A stretch of 64,000 bases of DNA from an uncultured bacterium (GCA_963725235.1 CAVRXN010000002.1:250902-314901); one strand, 5' to 3'. Numbered from the stretch's first letter, positions 29,153-38,939 are shown. Made by a program: numbers and translations. The notes: generated by a model from the sequence alone, not told the origin.

Positions 29153-30367
29153 ATGTATACACCCGACAAAAAGATCATTGAGCGATATGCGGATGTCCTC
29201 GTTAATTTTGCATTAAATAAGGGGAAGGGAATAAAGAAGGGCGAAGTGGTGCATCTGATCGCCGAGGAGAGCGCTAAGCCACTTTTTGTCGCAACGCTCG
29301 CATCCATTACGAAAGCCGGTGGCCATGCGTTGACGCATTATTCACCGGATCACGATAAGAATTTCAATACCTCACGCGATTTTTATCTGAACGCGAAAGA
29401 CCATCAACTGAATTTTTTTCCGGCGAAATATTATCGCGGGTTGATTGATGAAATTCATCATACGATCTTCATCGAAAGCGAAGCGGACGTCGAAGCACTG
29501 CGCGGCCTTGATCCGAAAAAGATTATGACGAAGCGTCGATCGATGAAGCTGTATCGCGAGTGGCGAGACGAGAAAGAAAATCGCAACGCGTATTCTTGGA
29601 CGCTCGCGCTCTACGGAACGCCGGCGATGGCGCGTGAAGCCGGCCTCAGCGAAAAGGAATATTGGAAGCAGATTATCGATGCATGCTTTTTGAACTCATC
29701 CGATCCGGTGGGCGAATGGCGTCGGACCGTCGCGCGAATCAATGTTATTAAAAAATCGTTAAATAATTTACACATCGAAAAATTACATGTCGTCGGCCCG
29801 GATGCAGACCTTTGGGTAATGCTCGGCGAGAAACGAATCTGGGAAGGCGGCCGCGGTGCAAACATCCCAAGCTTCGAAATTTTCACGTCGCCCGACTGGC
29901 GCGGGACGGAAGGTTGGATGCGATTCAATCAGCCGTGCTACTCGGGCGGCAACCTAATCAAAGGAGTCGAGCTCGAATTTAAAAAAGGCAAAGTGGTCCG
30001 CTCGAGCGCGCGCCAAGGTGAAAAATTCCTTAAGGAACTCATCAAAACCCCGAACGCCGACAAGATCGGCGAATACTCGCTGACCGACAAACGGTTTTCG
30101 CGGATAACGAAATTCATGGCGACGACCTTGTACGACGAAAACATCGGTGGCCCGAACGGCAACACGCATCTCGCGATCGGTAGCTCGTACCACGACTGCT
30201 ACGACGGCGATCCTTCGAAACCGACCAAAGCGCAGTGGGCCAAACTCGGTTTTAACAATTCCGCCGTCCACCAAGATTTCATCTCGACCGCACCGCGGAC
30301 CGTGACGGCGTACCTGCAAAACGGCAAAGAGAAAGTGATTTATAAGAACGGGATGTTTACGATATAG
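29153..30367 (+). CDS. M29-family aminopeptidase (AmpS/PepS-like)
   Basis: ATG 29153. The N-terminus RYADVLVNFALN..KGEVVHLI and the ~400-aa length fit the M29 family. Confidence 0.75.
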   Translation: MYTPDKKIIERYADVLVNFALNKGKGIKKGEVVHLIAEESAKPLFVATLASITKAGGHALTHYSPDHDKNFNTSRDFYLNAKDHQLNFFPAKYYRGLIDEIHHTIFIESEADVEALRGLDPKKIMTKRRSMKLYREWRDEKENRNAYSWTLALYGTPAMAREAGLSEKEYWKQIIDACFLNSSDPVGEWRRTVARINVIKKSLNNLHIEKLHVVGPDADLWVMLGEKRIWEGGRGANIPSFEIFTSPDWRGTEGWMRFNQPCYSGGNLIKGVELEFKKGKVVRSSARQGEKFLKELIKTPNADKIGEYSLTDKRFSRITKFMATTLYDENIGGPNGNTHLAIGSSYHDCYDGDPSKPTKAQWAKLGFNNSAVHQDFISTAPRTVTAYLQNGKEKVIYKNGMFTI

Positions 30368-30435
30368 TAATCACCGCCGCTTTCTCTTGCAAAAACAAAC
30401 TGCACGGAGTAAAATCCCCGCAGAAGGAGTTCAAA

Positions 30436-31104
30436 TTGAATACACCGCAACTGAAAGTTATACCGATGCCGACGAACGGAAAGGAAATGACGGCGACGCA
30501 CTACGAGCAAATGTTCCAACTGTCGCGCTCTCCGTTGACGCGCCTGGAAGTGTTTGATCATCAGATACGGCTACTAACCGAAGCATTGCGGCCGTATGGT
30601 CTTTTTTATCCGCAGGATATGCTGCCATTGCGCGACCGTTTGGATGAGCTTCCGAACGATCGGTTTCTCGTCGTCCCGTACCAACCGGAGCAGCTCGATT
30701 TCGATATGCTGATGTCAAAAGTACATATCGCTGGTCGAACGGGGACTAGCAAAATTCAACGGCGATATCTGGAGGATGTAATGTTATTTCCGAAAGAGCC
30801 GATGTTGCTGACCGATGTAGAAGACGGGAGAAGTCGGCTCGGCGTGCCGCTGCAGTTGGCCTACGAAAATATCCGCGATGAGGAGCGTTATCCGTATTGC
30901 GTATGGTGGAGTATCATACACGCAATCGTGTTTCGCTGGGTGATGAACCATCACTGCATCAGCCCCGTCGGCTCTCGCCACGACGGATATTTTATCGAAA
31001 TCAACAAGCGTGGATATACGCCGAGTTTGCACGGTCTCTTCAATCCGTGCACTCCATATCTCGGCGCACCTTCGGCCGGGGGTATTATCCCAATTCGTCG
31101 GTGA
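30436..31104 (+). CDS. Hypothetical protein
   Basis: GAAGGAG lies 7 nt before the TTG start. 222 aa with no motif recognised. A terminator hairpin at 31138-31170 follows. Confidence 0.5.
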   Translation: MNTPQLKVIPMPTNGKEMTATHYEQMFQLSRSPLTRLEVFDHQIRLLTEALRPYGLFYPQDMLPLRDRLDELPNDRFLVVPYQPEQLDFDMLMSKVHIAGRTGTSKIQRRYLEDVMLFPKEPMLLTDVEDGRSRLGVPLQLAYENIRDEERYPYCVWWSIIHAIVFRWVMNHHCISPVGSRHDGYFIEINKRGYTPSLHGLFNPCTPYLGAPSAGGIIPIRR

Positions 31105-31197
31105 GCGCGCTGCCGTCGTCCGCGCGGGTATCGGGTATGCGGCAGGGGAGAAATCCTCCGCCGCTTTTTTGTTGTCCGCGAAACAAAAAAAGACGCC

Positions 31198-31962
31198 TCA
31201 TTGCGGCGTCTGTTCTCCTTTCGGAAAGAAGAAATGATCGAGGTCGGCACCCCATCGGACCGGAAACGGATTCGATGGGTCGTCCGGACGATATGTCCTG
31301 GCACTCAAGGGTACCGTGCGAAAAGCATCGAGATCATGGATGCATCCGCCATACGCCGGCTCTTTCAAGAATGAGAACCCGATATCGTGAAGGCGACTGC
31401 GGATGCGAAGCCATCGTTCGTATATTCTCCCACGCAACGATGCTCGAGGGGCGTCGGCTACTAACTGAATGCGTTCGACTCCGCTGATGGGCTGATAGTT
31501 TTTACCTTGTCGCCATGCGATAAGCATCCAATCGGTGAGGCAGTTGCCATGGATCCCATGTCCACTCGCGATGACGCCGCAGCGATCAGCCGGAACCCCA
31601 TTCGTGATCATAAGTTTGATCAAGTTATAGGAGTAGCAGCATTCGCTGACGACGAGCACCCGATTGGGTAGCGAGCCGATTATTTCAACCAAAAGCTTAA
31701 AAAGCATCTGTTCGCCATCACTCGAATATGCCCATCCGATCTGGCTGCCGTGGCCGCAGTATCCGAGCAGGATAACGTCGTCCGGGTTAGTTTCCGTCAA
31801 GAACGCACTGATACTCATACGTAATTCGAATGGTGACGAGTATGCTGGTTTAGAGAGTTCGATTGTATCGACACCCGCTTCATTTTTGAGAAAATCCCTA
31901 AATTCCAGGGCAGTGTCGAGGAATCTCACGCCTGCCCCAATAACTAACAATGCTTTTGTCAT
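31198..31962 (-). CDS. Putative clan-CD (caspase-like) cysteine peptidase
   Basis: GGAGG directly upstream of ATG 31962. Candidate His/Cys dyad in ILLGYCGHG ... VLVVSECCYS, about 40 aa apart after beta-strand-like segments. Confidence 0.4.
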   Translation of the reverse strand: MTKALLVIGAGVRFLDTALEFRDFLKNEAGVDTIELSKPAYSSPFELRMSISAFLTETNPDDVILLGYCGHGSQIGWAYSSDGEQMLFKLLVEIIGSLPNRVLVVSECCYSYNLIKLMITNGVPADRCGVIASGHGIHGNCLTDWMLIAWRQGKNYQPISGVERIQLVADAPRASLRGRIYERWLRIRSRLHDIGFSFLKEPAYGGCIHDLDAFRTVPLSARTYRPDDPSNPFPVRWGADLDHFFFPKGEQTPQ

Positions 31963-32078
31963 ATGCCTCCTGAGAGTTGCTGGTTGTGTTATAGCACGGC
32001 GGTGGATTGGGGGCAATGTTTTTTGTCTCAAAAAACTTTAGAAAGATTTAATGCCCTTTTTGTTATGATGGACGCATT

Positions 32079-32324
32079 ATGACAAAAAATGAAATAACCC
32101 AGTTTATTGGTTCATTCGATGAAAAGTGGGAGCGGACGATCGTAATTGTTGATTTCGGGAATGTGGTCCGATGGGATCGAAGCTTGCGGTGGCGCCGTGA
32201 AGCGTATCCTTTACGCCGACGACTTCGAATATCGCTTGAGTATGGACAGATTCCGTTAAAATCAGAAATCCGCCCGAAGGCGGATTTCGATCAAAGTCGA
32301 GCAAGCTTGATGCTTACGCAGTAA
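32079..32324 (+). pseudogene. Possible NYN/LabA-like gene remnant
   Basis: Only the N-terminus (TIVIVDFGNVVRWD) looks domain-like. The remainder is Arg-rich nonsense-like sequence and contains a perfect hairpin at 32264-32287. Confidence 0.25.
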
Positions 32325-32429
32325 GTATAGCGGATTGAATGTAGGTGTCAAATAAAAAAGAGCCAGCCAATGCGGCCGGCTCGGATTGCTGCGGGAAACA
32401 GGGAGGAACAAGGAGGCGGGGAAGTACGA

Positions 32430-32735
32430 TCAATCGTCGAGTTTAACTTTCATAGCGATCAGAAACTCGTTGTCCTCATCGGTGACCGCTTGCTTCGGCA
32501 ACGGGGGCACGACTTGGAGGGCCATCTCGGTATTCACCGGGCTGGGGCAATTCGCGTTCAGTTCGGCAATGGGAAAGTCGCAAAATAGATACGCATCGCA
32601 ACTTTTACAGTGCCCCTGAAGACGAAGCTTTTGCTCACTTGTTGGCCCCCACCTCTCGATATTCAAGACGCCGCCACACTCATCTGCCGTATGAACGATC
32701 TCAGGGTAAAAGTTAACTGAAGCATAGTTGCTCAT
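32430..32735 (-). CDS. Hypothetical 101-aa Cys-rich protein
   Basis: AAGGAG before ATG 32735. The longer track ORF 32430..33464 continues antisense through the HAD gene and is not believed. Confidence 0.45.
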   Translation of the reverse strand: MSNYASVNFYPEIVHTADECGGVLNIERWGPTSEQKLRLQGHCKSCDAYLFCDFPIAELNANCPSPVNTEMALQVVPPLPKQAVTDEDNEFLIAMKVKLDD

Positions 32736-32834
32736 GCGGACTCCTTTCTGATTACATTGTACAACACGATGCAATTTCTTGCATTTTCCCCAAGGGGTTT
32801 CTCGCAAGGGAGGCCCTTTTGTTATACTACCTCC

Positions 32835-33473
32835 ATGCGCATAGGAATCGATTTCGATGATACGATTGCCGCGGCGACCAAGGCAATTATCAAGCTGCAT
32901 AACCGGCAGTACGGGACGAACTATAAATGGGAGGAGGCGACGGATCATCATCTCGAAAATGTTTTGGAGGGAGCCGGAACCAAGGAGGAATGGGAGGCGA
33001 AGCTCAACGAGTTCTTTTCGGCGAAGAATATCGAGCATCTCGATCCGGTTGCGGGCGCGATTCCGGCGATCGACGCACTGAAGAAGGCCGGCCACGAGCT
33101 CTATATCATCACCGCTCGCTCGGACAGTGATGTCGAGGCGACCGAGCTCTGGCTCGCGCGACACTTCTTTTCTTCTTGGCCGACGACGTTCGCCGGCGTC
33201 CACTACGGCCGATCCCGCGACGCAGATCCCACGCGGCGGCGCCTGAAGTCCGCACTCTGCCGCGAACTCGGCATCGAGCTCATGATCGACGACACGCTCG
33301 GCAACGCCCGCGATTGCGCCGAGGCAGGGATCCGCGTGTTGCTGCTGGATCAGCCGTGGAATCAGGTTGGCGGCGCTGGTGCTGGCGAGCCGCCGCTGCC
33401 TGCGGGTGTGGAGCGGGTGAGGGGATGGGAGGAGGTGGTGGAGAGGGTGGTAAATAATTCTCAAAAGACTTAA
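32835..33473 (+). CDS. HAD-superfamily 5'(3')-nucleotidase-like phosphatase
   Basis: Motif I IGIDFDDTI, motif II IITARS, motif IV LMIDD. ATG 32835 lies inside track ORF 32757..33473. Confidence 0.7.
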   Translation: MRIGIDFDDTIAAATKAIIKLHNRQYGTNYKWEEATDHHLENVLEGAGTKEEWEAKLNEFFSAKNIEHLDPVAGAIPAIDALKKAGHELYIITARSDSDVEATELWLARHFFSSWPTTFAGVHYGRSRDADPTRRRLKSALCRELGIELMIDDTLGNARDCAEAGIRVLLLDQPWNQVGGAGAGEPPLPAGVERVRGWEEVVERVVNNSQKT

Positions 33474-33482
33474 AATTCCTGT

Positions 33483-34388
33483 ATGCCAACCGCGACAGGT
33501 TTAAAAAAAGCAAAAATAAATGCGCAAAAGAAGCCTGCAAAATCTTTAGAAAAATTTAATGGTGTTTTTGGTAATCTTAAGGAAAAGATTATGCAAAAAC
33601 CTTATTACGATAATCCAAGTTTTGTTCTCTACAATGGAGATTCTCTAAATATCTTGGCTCAGTTGCCGGAGAATTCAATAGATATGATATTTGCCGATCC
33701 GCCATATAACCTTTCAAATGGAGGATTTTCGGTTCATGCGGGCAAAATGGTCAGTGTAAATAAAGGAGATTGGGATAAAAGCAAAGGTTTCCAAGATGAT
33801 TATGATTTTCACTATAAATGGCTTGAAGCGGCTAGGCGTGTTTTAAAGCCGCATGGAACATTGTGGGTGAGTGGTACTTATCATTCGATTTATCAGTGCG
33901 GTCATGCCATTCAGGCGCTTGGATATCATATTTTAAATGATGTAGCTTGGTTCAAACCGAATGCTGCGCCGAATTTGAGCGCTCGATATTTTACGGCAAG
34001 TCATGAAACATTGATTTGGGCGCGTAAAGATAAAAAAGCAAAACATATCTTCAACTACAATTTGATGAAGAATGGAGATTGGAATGAAGATTTTCTCAAA
34101 AAACCGAATATGCAGATGAGATCGGTTTGGGCGATTGGAACTCCGAAGCCGGCAGAGAAAATTTTTGGCAAACATCCGACACAAAAACCGAGCGCGTTGC
34201 TCAACCGCATCGTTCTTGCGAGTACTAATAAAGGAGATATCATCCTCGATCCGTTCACTGGGAGCTCGACGACCGGTTTGGCGGCTCATCTTCAAGATAG
34301 AAAGTTTATTGGCATCGATACTGAAAAACAATTCTTAGATTTGTCAATAAAACGGTTCGAACAGTTATCCAGTGTTATGCTAGCTTGA
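33483..34388 (+). CDS. Type II DNA methyltransferase (N6-adenine or N4-cytosine, beta class)
   Basis: Motif IV FADPPYN precedes motif I ILDPFTGSSTTG, plus HPTQKP. The true start may be the internal ATG near 33591. Confidence 0.9.
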   Translation: MPTATGLKKAKINAQKKPAKSLEKFNGVFGNLKEKIMQKPYYDNPSFVLYNGDSLNILAQLPENSIDMIFADPPYNLSNGGFSVHAGKMVSVNKGDWDKSKGFQDDYDFHYKWLEAARRVLKPHGTLWVSGTYHSIYQCGHAIQALGYHILNDVAWFKPNAAPNLSARYFTASHETLIWARKDKKAKHIFNYNLMKNGDWNEDFLKKPNMQMRSVWAIGTPKPAEKIFGKHPTQKPSALLNRIVLASTNKGDIILDPFTGSSTTGLAAHLQDRKFIGIDTEKQFLDLSIKRFEQLSSVMLA

Positions 34389-34427
34389 TCTTCTGCCCGA
34401 TTGCTATATATTTGATCCGTACATACC

Positions 34428-34841
34428 ATGCCCCGAGATACTCGAACAGGCGGTGTTCTGGAAGCAATGATTTTGCCGTCTTTGGCTAGGGGCGGTTATC
34501 AAGCTCAATCACAGGTGCAAGTTGGCATCCGGTTGGGCGGTGGTGGCCGGCATTTTGTCGATGCAACGGCTCAGAAGGAAGAAAAGAAATATCTCGTTTC
34601 TTTAAAATGGCAACAAACCTCCGGAACCGCAGAGCAAAAAGTTCCGTTTGAAATTATTTGCTTAATTGATGCTGTCGAAACTCATGGATACGATAAGGCG
34701 TATTTAGTGCTCGGCGGAGAAGGATGGACCTTGAGAGATTTTTATGTTGGAGGTGGGCTGAAGAAATATCTGCCTCATGATAAAGTAGAGGTTATGACGT
34801 TGGAAGGATTTGTGGCGAAGGCGAATAAGGGATTGCTGTAA
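34428..34841 (+). CDS. Putative type II restriction endonuclease (PD-(D/E)XK-like)
   Basis: Lies 39 nt downstream of the MTase on the same strand. HFVD ... VSLKWQ fits a D...(S/E)xK nuclease core. 137 aa. Confidence 0.55.
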   Translation: MPRDTRTGGVLEAMILPSLARGGYQAQSQVQVGIRLGGGGRHFVDATAQKEEKKYLVSLKWQQTSGTAEQKVPFEIICLIDAVETHGYDKAYLVLGGEGWTLRDFYVGGGLKKYLPHDKVEVMTLEGFVAKANKGLL

Positions 34842-34978
34842 TTATTTGACTTTTTATCCTTTGACGAACAGAATGCCACAACACATTATAGAAAGGGCTT
34901 ATAAAACTCATCAACTGAGGCATTTTGTTGTAAATCGTAATAAGATAAACTAAAAGAATATTTTAGGAATTAAAATTT

Positions 34979-37084
34979 ATGATAGACGTAATTCGCGGAG
35001 CTAATAAGAAGGAGAATTCGACGGCACAATTGGTTGAATACCTCCAGAAATATTTTTCATCAGGCACAGAAGCAGTCGTTTATATAGGATATCCCATCTT
35101 AAGCACTGCTGTTGGGGGGATAACACTTGACGCCGTTCTTGTCGCAGAATCTTATGGAATAATCGTTTTTGATTTAGTTGAAGGTACGTCATGCGGTGAT
35201 AGGACCGAGCAGAGAGATCAGTTGTTTGCCAATATGAAATCAAAGCTGATCCAAAACCCTGAACTAATGGAAAAGCGGGACCTCGGAGTTAGTTTAGAAG
35301 TTCTTACTTTTGCTCCTCAGGTAAAAAGTTCAGATGACATATCTGAAGACTTTATTAATACCTTAGATCTTTTATCGAAACGCCTTGATAAAATTAAAAA
35401 TGAGAAAAATGAGAAATATATCAGAAGTCTTATTTCGGTGATACAGGTAGTCACTAAACTTAACAGTTCACGGAGGCGACGTGTAAACAAACCTGATTCA
35501 AGAGGTGCTAAACTGAAAGAGCTTGAGGAATCTATAGCTAATCTGGATAGTAGGCAAAATCGAGCGGTTATCGAAACGGTAGACGGGCCACAGCGTATCA
35601 GGGGATTGGCAGGATCGGGAAAAACAATTATCTTAGCCTTGAAGGCTGCATACTTGCATTCTAGATATCCAGAATGGGACATTGCCATCACTTTTAATAC
35701 TCGATCCCTGAAACAGCAATTTGTTGATTTGGTTACCAAATTTACCATCGAGCAAAAGCGGGAAGATCCCGATTGGACCAAATTGAAGATTCTTCAATCT
35801 TGGGGTAGCCATGCATCAACTGGAATATATTATGAATTCTGTATGGCAAATAACGTGGAACCTCTTGATTATAAAAACGCAAACGCAAAAGCGCGAAATT
35901 TGTCTCCCCTTGGGTACGCCTGCTTAACAGCTTTAAATCATTTGATTGCAAGGAAAATAGAACCTATTCAAAAATACGATGCAATTTTGATAGATGAAGC
36001 TCAAGATTTATCGCCTCTATTTCTAAAGCTTTGTTACAAATTCTTGAAACCACCAAAAAGAATTATTTGGGCATATGATGAGTTACAAAATCTCAGCTTG
36101 TTAAGGATGCAGTCGCCACGGGAATTATTTGGAATTGAACTAAGCAACGACCAAGAAGCTGCCCAGCAAGATATAATACTTGATAGATGTTACCGAAACT
36201 CTCGGCCAGTTCTTGTTACTGCTCATGGCTTAGGTTTTGGAACTGTGCGTGAAGAAGGTTTAGTTCAGATGTTTGACGAGCCGTCGCTTTGGAAGGAGAT
36301 TGGCTATGAAGTAGAAGGGAAACTAGCTCAAAAAAATAAAGTTTCTCTATATAGAACAAAAGTAACCAGCCCACCCTTTTTAGAGGTACACTCTTCTGAG
36401 GATGATTTAATACAATTTCATAAGTTTACAGGCAGAGAAGAAGAAAGTGATTGGATTGCAGAGCAAATAGAAAAGAATTTAAGAGAAGACGAATTAACAA
36501 CTCGTGACATCGTGGTGATTAATTTAAATTCTCTTACGACGAAAGAAGACACTGCCCTTTTGAGGGCAAAACTTCTCGAGCGTGATATAAATAGCCACAT
36601 TGCTGGATTAACAACGTCGCCTGATCAATTCTTCAAAGATGATTCCATTGCGGTGACAGGCATTTATCGTGCTAAGGGCAATGAAGCTGCAATGGTTTAC
36701 GTTATGAATAGCGAATATGCGTATGGAGGAATTGAGTTGATAAAAAAGAGAAATATGTTATTTTCCGCAATTACTCGTAGTAGGGCGTGGGTTCGTGTGG
36801 CCGGTTGTGGATTACAAATGGACGCACTAATTAAGGAGTTTGAAGGTATAAAAAATGCAGGGTTTAGGCTATCTTTCATATATCCAACTCCAGAAGAAAT
36901 GCAGCGAATGAGGTTGATTAATAGGGATCTTACTGAAAATGAAAAAAAGAGGAAACAAAAATCACTTTACGACATTGAACAGCTTACCGCAGCACTTGAA
37001 AGTGGAGATGTTCTCATTGAAGATATTGACCCACAGACAAAGCAAAAATTATCCTTATTACTGAAACAATCAAACGATGAGTAG
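34979..37084 (+). CDS. SF1 (UvrD-like) helicase with an N-terminal NERD-like domain, defence-type
   Basis: Walker A GLAGSGKT, Walker B ILIDEAQD, CYRNSRP, YRAKGNEA, ITRSRAW. The N-terminal ~110 aa are nuclease-related-domain-like. Confidence 0.8.
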   Translation: MIDVIRGANKKENSTAQLVEYLQKYFSSGTEAVVYIGYPILSTAVGGITLDAVLVAESYGIIVFDLVEGTSCGDRTEQRDQLFANMKSKLIQNPELMEKRDLGVSLEVLTFAPQVKSSDDISEDFINTLDLLSKRLDKIKNEKNEKYIRSLISVIQVVTKLNSSRRRRVNKPDSRGAKLKELEESIANLDSRQNRAVIETVDGPQRIRGLAGSGKTIILALKAAYLHSRYPEWDIAITFNTRSLKQQFVDLVTKFTIEQKREDPDWTKLKILQSWGSHASTGIYYEFCMANNVEPLDYKNANAKARNLSPLGYACLTALNHLIARKIEPIQKYDAILIDEAQDLSPLFLKLCYKFLKPPKRIIWAYDELQNLSLLRMQSPRELFGIELSNDQEAAQQDIILDRCYRNSRPVLVTAHGLGFGTVREEGLVQMFDEPSLWKEIGYEVEGKLAQKNKVSLYRTKVTSPPFLEVHSSEDDLIQFHKFTGREEESDWIAEQIEKNLREDELTTRDIVVINLNSLTTKEDTALLRAKLLERDINSHIAGLTTSPDQFFKDDSIAVTGIYRAKGNEAAMVYVMNSEYAYGGIELIKKRNMLFSAITRSRAWVRVAGCGLQMDALIKEFEGIKNAGFRLSFIYPTPEEMQRMRLINRDLTENEKKRKQKSLYDIEQLTAALESGDVLIEDIDPQTKQKLSLLLKQSNDE

Positions 37085-37712
37085 ATTAGCAAATGAAATA
37101 AGAAGTGAGATATCATCCCTGACTCAGCTTTTGACTCAGGAAAGTCTATCTATCGATTCTCGTATTGCGCAACTCCAGATGCGAAATGGTATCTGCGAGG
37201 TGGGATGGTCAAAAAATGGACCCAATATTGCTTTAGCATTAAAAGATATCGGCTATTCGGAGTGTCATAAATATTTTTTTAGCAATCAGCAATATAATTT
37301 AATCTTACCTGACGGCGCGTTACTTCAGTTTCTTTACAGATTCGAAAAAGAGAAATTAATAGAGCATAGGGTTTCTTATATGCCCGCCCCTACAGATTTT
37401 GATGACAATGAGGAATTCGATATTGCTTCGAACGCAGCTCTACCGATTAGAATCGATTTTTCTCCAGATCAAGCTGTGCTCATAAATCACTCTGCGGCTC
37501 ATGTTCATTTGGGACACAATGTAGACTGGCGAATTCCGACTTCGGCTCCCATAACGCCTAAAGATTTTACACTTTTTATATTAAGAAGTTTTTATGCAGA
37601 TAAGCTTTCGCCAAAAATTATAACTGCCCTGTGTCAATCGCGTTCAGCCTTCCCCGAATCCATTGAAGAGATCGAAAAAGAAGCCATATATATTAAAGTA
37701 CCGAGCATTTGA
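37077..37712 (+). CDS. Hypothetical protein translationally coupled to the helicase (possible DUF2290-type partner)
   Basis: The start overlaps the helicase stop by 8 nt (ATGAGTAG). 211 aa. The family assignment rests on the two-gene architecture only. Confidence 0.55.
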   Translation: MSRLANEIRSEISSLTQLLTQESLSIDSRIAQLQMRNGICEVGWSKNGPNIALALKDIGYSECHKYFFSNQQYNLILPDGALLQFLYRFEKEKLIEHRVSYMPAPTDFDDNEEFDIASNAALPIRIDFSPDQAVLINHSAAHVHLGHNVDWRIPTSAPITPKDFTLFILRSFYADKLSPKIITALCQSRSAFPESIEEIEKEAIYIKVPSI

Positions 37713-37811
37713 AAAATCTTTAATGTATGTAGGTTTACAATGAAATAATCTTTTATGAAGAGATTATTCGAAATATTACGGGTTATTAAAACGATTCCGC
37801 ACTCATTTGCT

Positions 37812-37921
37812 ATCTTGTTTCCTCCACCCCCGCACGCCGTGAGCACGGTCGGACGTGATGGGTAAGGTGTTGTGGGCGATGTCGCAACTGCCGGGTCACG
37901 GGGGATTGGTGAGAGGAAGAT
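37812..37921 (+). repeat. GC-rich long-hairpin element, copy C
   Basis: ATCTTgtttCCTCCACCCCCG ... CGGGGGATTGGTGAGAGGaAGAT. A C-rich 5' arm pairs with a G-rich 3' arm, set in AT-rich surroundings. Confidence 0.6.
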
Positions 37922-38008
37922 TTAGATAAATAAAAGGGGGAGTAACCTGGATGGCACTCCCCGGCGGTGACATATTCTTTTTTTGAACAGGATTCACTGC
38001 CATTGAGG

Positions 38009-38173
38009 TTATTTGCGTTTCTCGTCTCGCGCTTTAAACTTCACCTCAACTTTTTCCTTAACCATTTCATGCGCCTTGAAAGAAACAGGGCCGTTCTTGG
38101 TTTCAAACGAAACCCGTATGGGCTCTTTCTTTGGCTTTTCGGCGTAGAAATCAACTAAATGTTTTTTAGCCAT
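38009..38173 (-). CDS. Possible 54-aa lysine-rich protein downstream of lexA
   Basis: Translation MAKKHLVDFYAEKPKKEPIRVSFETKNGPVSFKAHEMV... No clear SD. The opposite-strand track ORF 37967..38158 looks non-coding. Confidence 0.25.
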   Translation of the reverse strand: MAKKHLVDFYAEKPKKEPIRVSFETKNGPVSFKAHEMVKEKVEVKFKARDEKRK

Positions 38174-38236
38174 GGAAATTTTATTAATTTTGGGTAGCTA
38201 CCGTCGACCTTCGCGGTAGATTAATTTCTAGGATAA

Positions 38237-38845
38237 TCATTGGGAGATATTTTTAATAACATCGATGACCACTCCTTGAATTGCGAATCCAGTATTCCCG
38301 CTTCTTACGATAATCGGCTCCATTTTTTTATTTGCTGGTTGCAGGCGAATATGATCTTTTTCTTGGAAGAATGTTTTTAGTGTTGTTTCATAGTTATCGA
38401 TGAGAGCAACAACTTTTTCGCCATTATGCGCGATAGACTGATCTCTAACTAAGATGATGTCGCCATCATTGATATGTTCATCAATCATGCTTTCTCCAAC
38501 AACTTTTAATGCATAGATTCCTTCTAGGGACTGAGGTAATCTACTTCTTGGGACGGCGATAATTTCCTGTCCTTCTGTTATCGCTTCAATCGGCTGGCCC
38601 GCTGCAACTCTGCCAAGTAAAGGTATCTGAATTAAGTGATCTGATTTGATATGGAGAGAGCGTGCTTTATTTATCCCCGTGCCGAGATAGCCTTTCTCGC
38701 GCAATTTTTCTATATGCTCTTGGACGGTTCCTAAAGAGGTGACACCTAAATGATTGGCGATTTCCCTGAGAGATGGAGCTACGCCTCGTTTAGTGATCTG
38801 TATTCCAATAAAATCGAGGATTTCTTTTTGACGTTTAGTTAACAT
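38237..38845 (-). CDS. lexA: LexA-like S24 autopeptidase repressor
   Basis: Winged HTH PSLREIANHLGVTSLGTVQEHIEKL, Ala-Gly cleavage site VAAGQP, Ser nucleophile GESM, Lys in TTLKTF. Confidence 0.85.
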   Translation of the reverse strand: MLTKRQKEILDFIGIQITKRGVAPSLREIANHLGVTSLGTVQEHIEKLREKGYLGTGINKARSLHIKSDHLIQIPLLGRVAAGQPIEAITEGQEIIAVPRSRLPQSLEGIYALKVVGESMIDEHINDGDIILVRDQSIAHNGEKVVALIDNYETTLKTFFQEKDHIRLQPANKKMEPIIVRSGNTGFAIQGVVIDVIKNISQ

Positions 38846-38878
38846 GATGTTTTAATATGGTTAATATTGACCTATGGC

Positions 38879-38907
38879 TTGACTTGCGGGTCATTTACGG
38901 GTACTAT
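38879..38907 (+). promoter_or_regulatory. Sigma70-like promoter of the cyclase operon
   Basis: TTGACT (38879-38884), 17-nt spacer, TACTAT (38902-38907). Confidence 0.45.
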
Positions 38908-38910
38908 CTC

Positions 38911-38939
38911 ATTGTAATTCAGGAATGCTGTTTTGGCAA
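38911..38939 (-). promoter_or_regulatory. Sigma70-like promoter of lexA, overlapping the cyclase promoter
   Basis: Minus-strand TTGCCA (38939-38934), 17-nt spacer, TACAAT (38916-38911). The two -10 boxes are 3 bp apart on opposite strands. Confidence 0.45.

Noticed and set aside
33395-33455. Fourth, degenerate copy of the G-rich arm inside the 3' end of the HAD phosphatase gene (possible att-site origin of the repeats)
   Set aside because: ctgcctgcgggtgtggagcgggtgaggggatgggaggagg resembles the A/B core tail. But the similarity is only about 70-75 percent in a low-complexity G-rich stretch, and it encodes a plausible protein C-terminus (VERVRGWEEVVERV). Chance resemblance cannot be excluded without statistics.
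32430-33464. Long antisense or alternate-frame ORFs in GC-rich genes (also 44136..44969 upstream part, 14429..15298, 12135..12863, 19030..19800, 60395..61321, 24689..25429)
   Set aside because: They mirror well-supported genes on the other strand (HAD phosphatase, flavodoxin-like, ftsA/ftsZ, rpoD, topA and others). They are Arg/Ala/Pro-rich with no motifs. These are typical shadow ORFs of GC-rich coding DNA.
37967-38158. Track ORF on the plus strand between the helicase module and lexA
   Set aside because: The Leu/Phe-rich translation looks like the antisense of a Lys-rich ORF. The minus-strand 54-aa ORF (38009-38173) is the more protein-like reading, and it is itself only low confidence.
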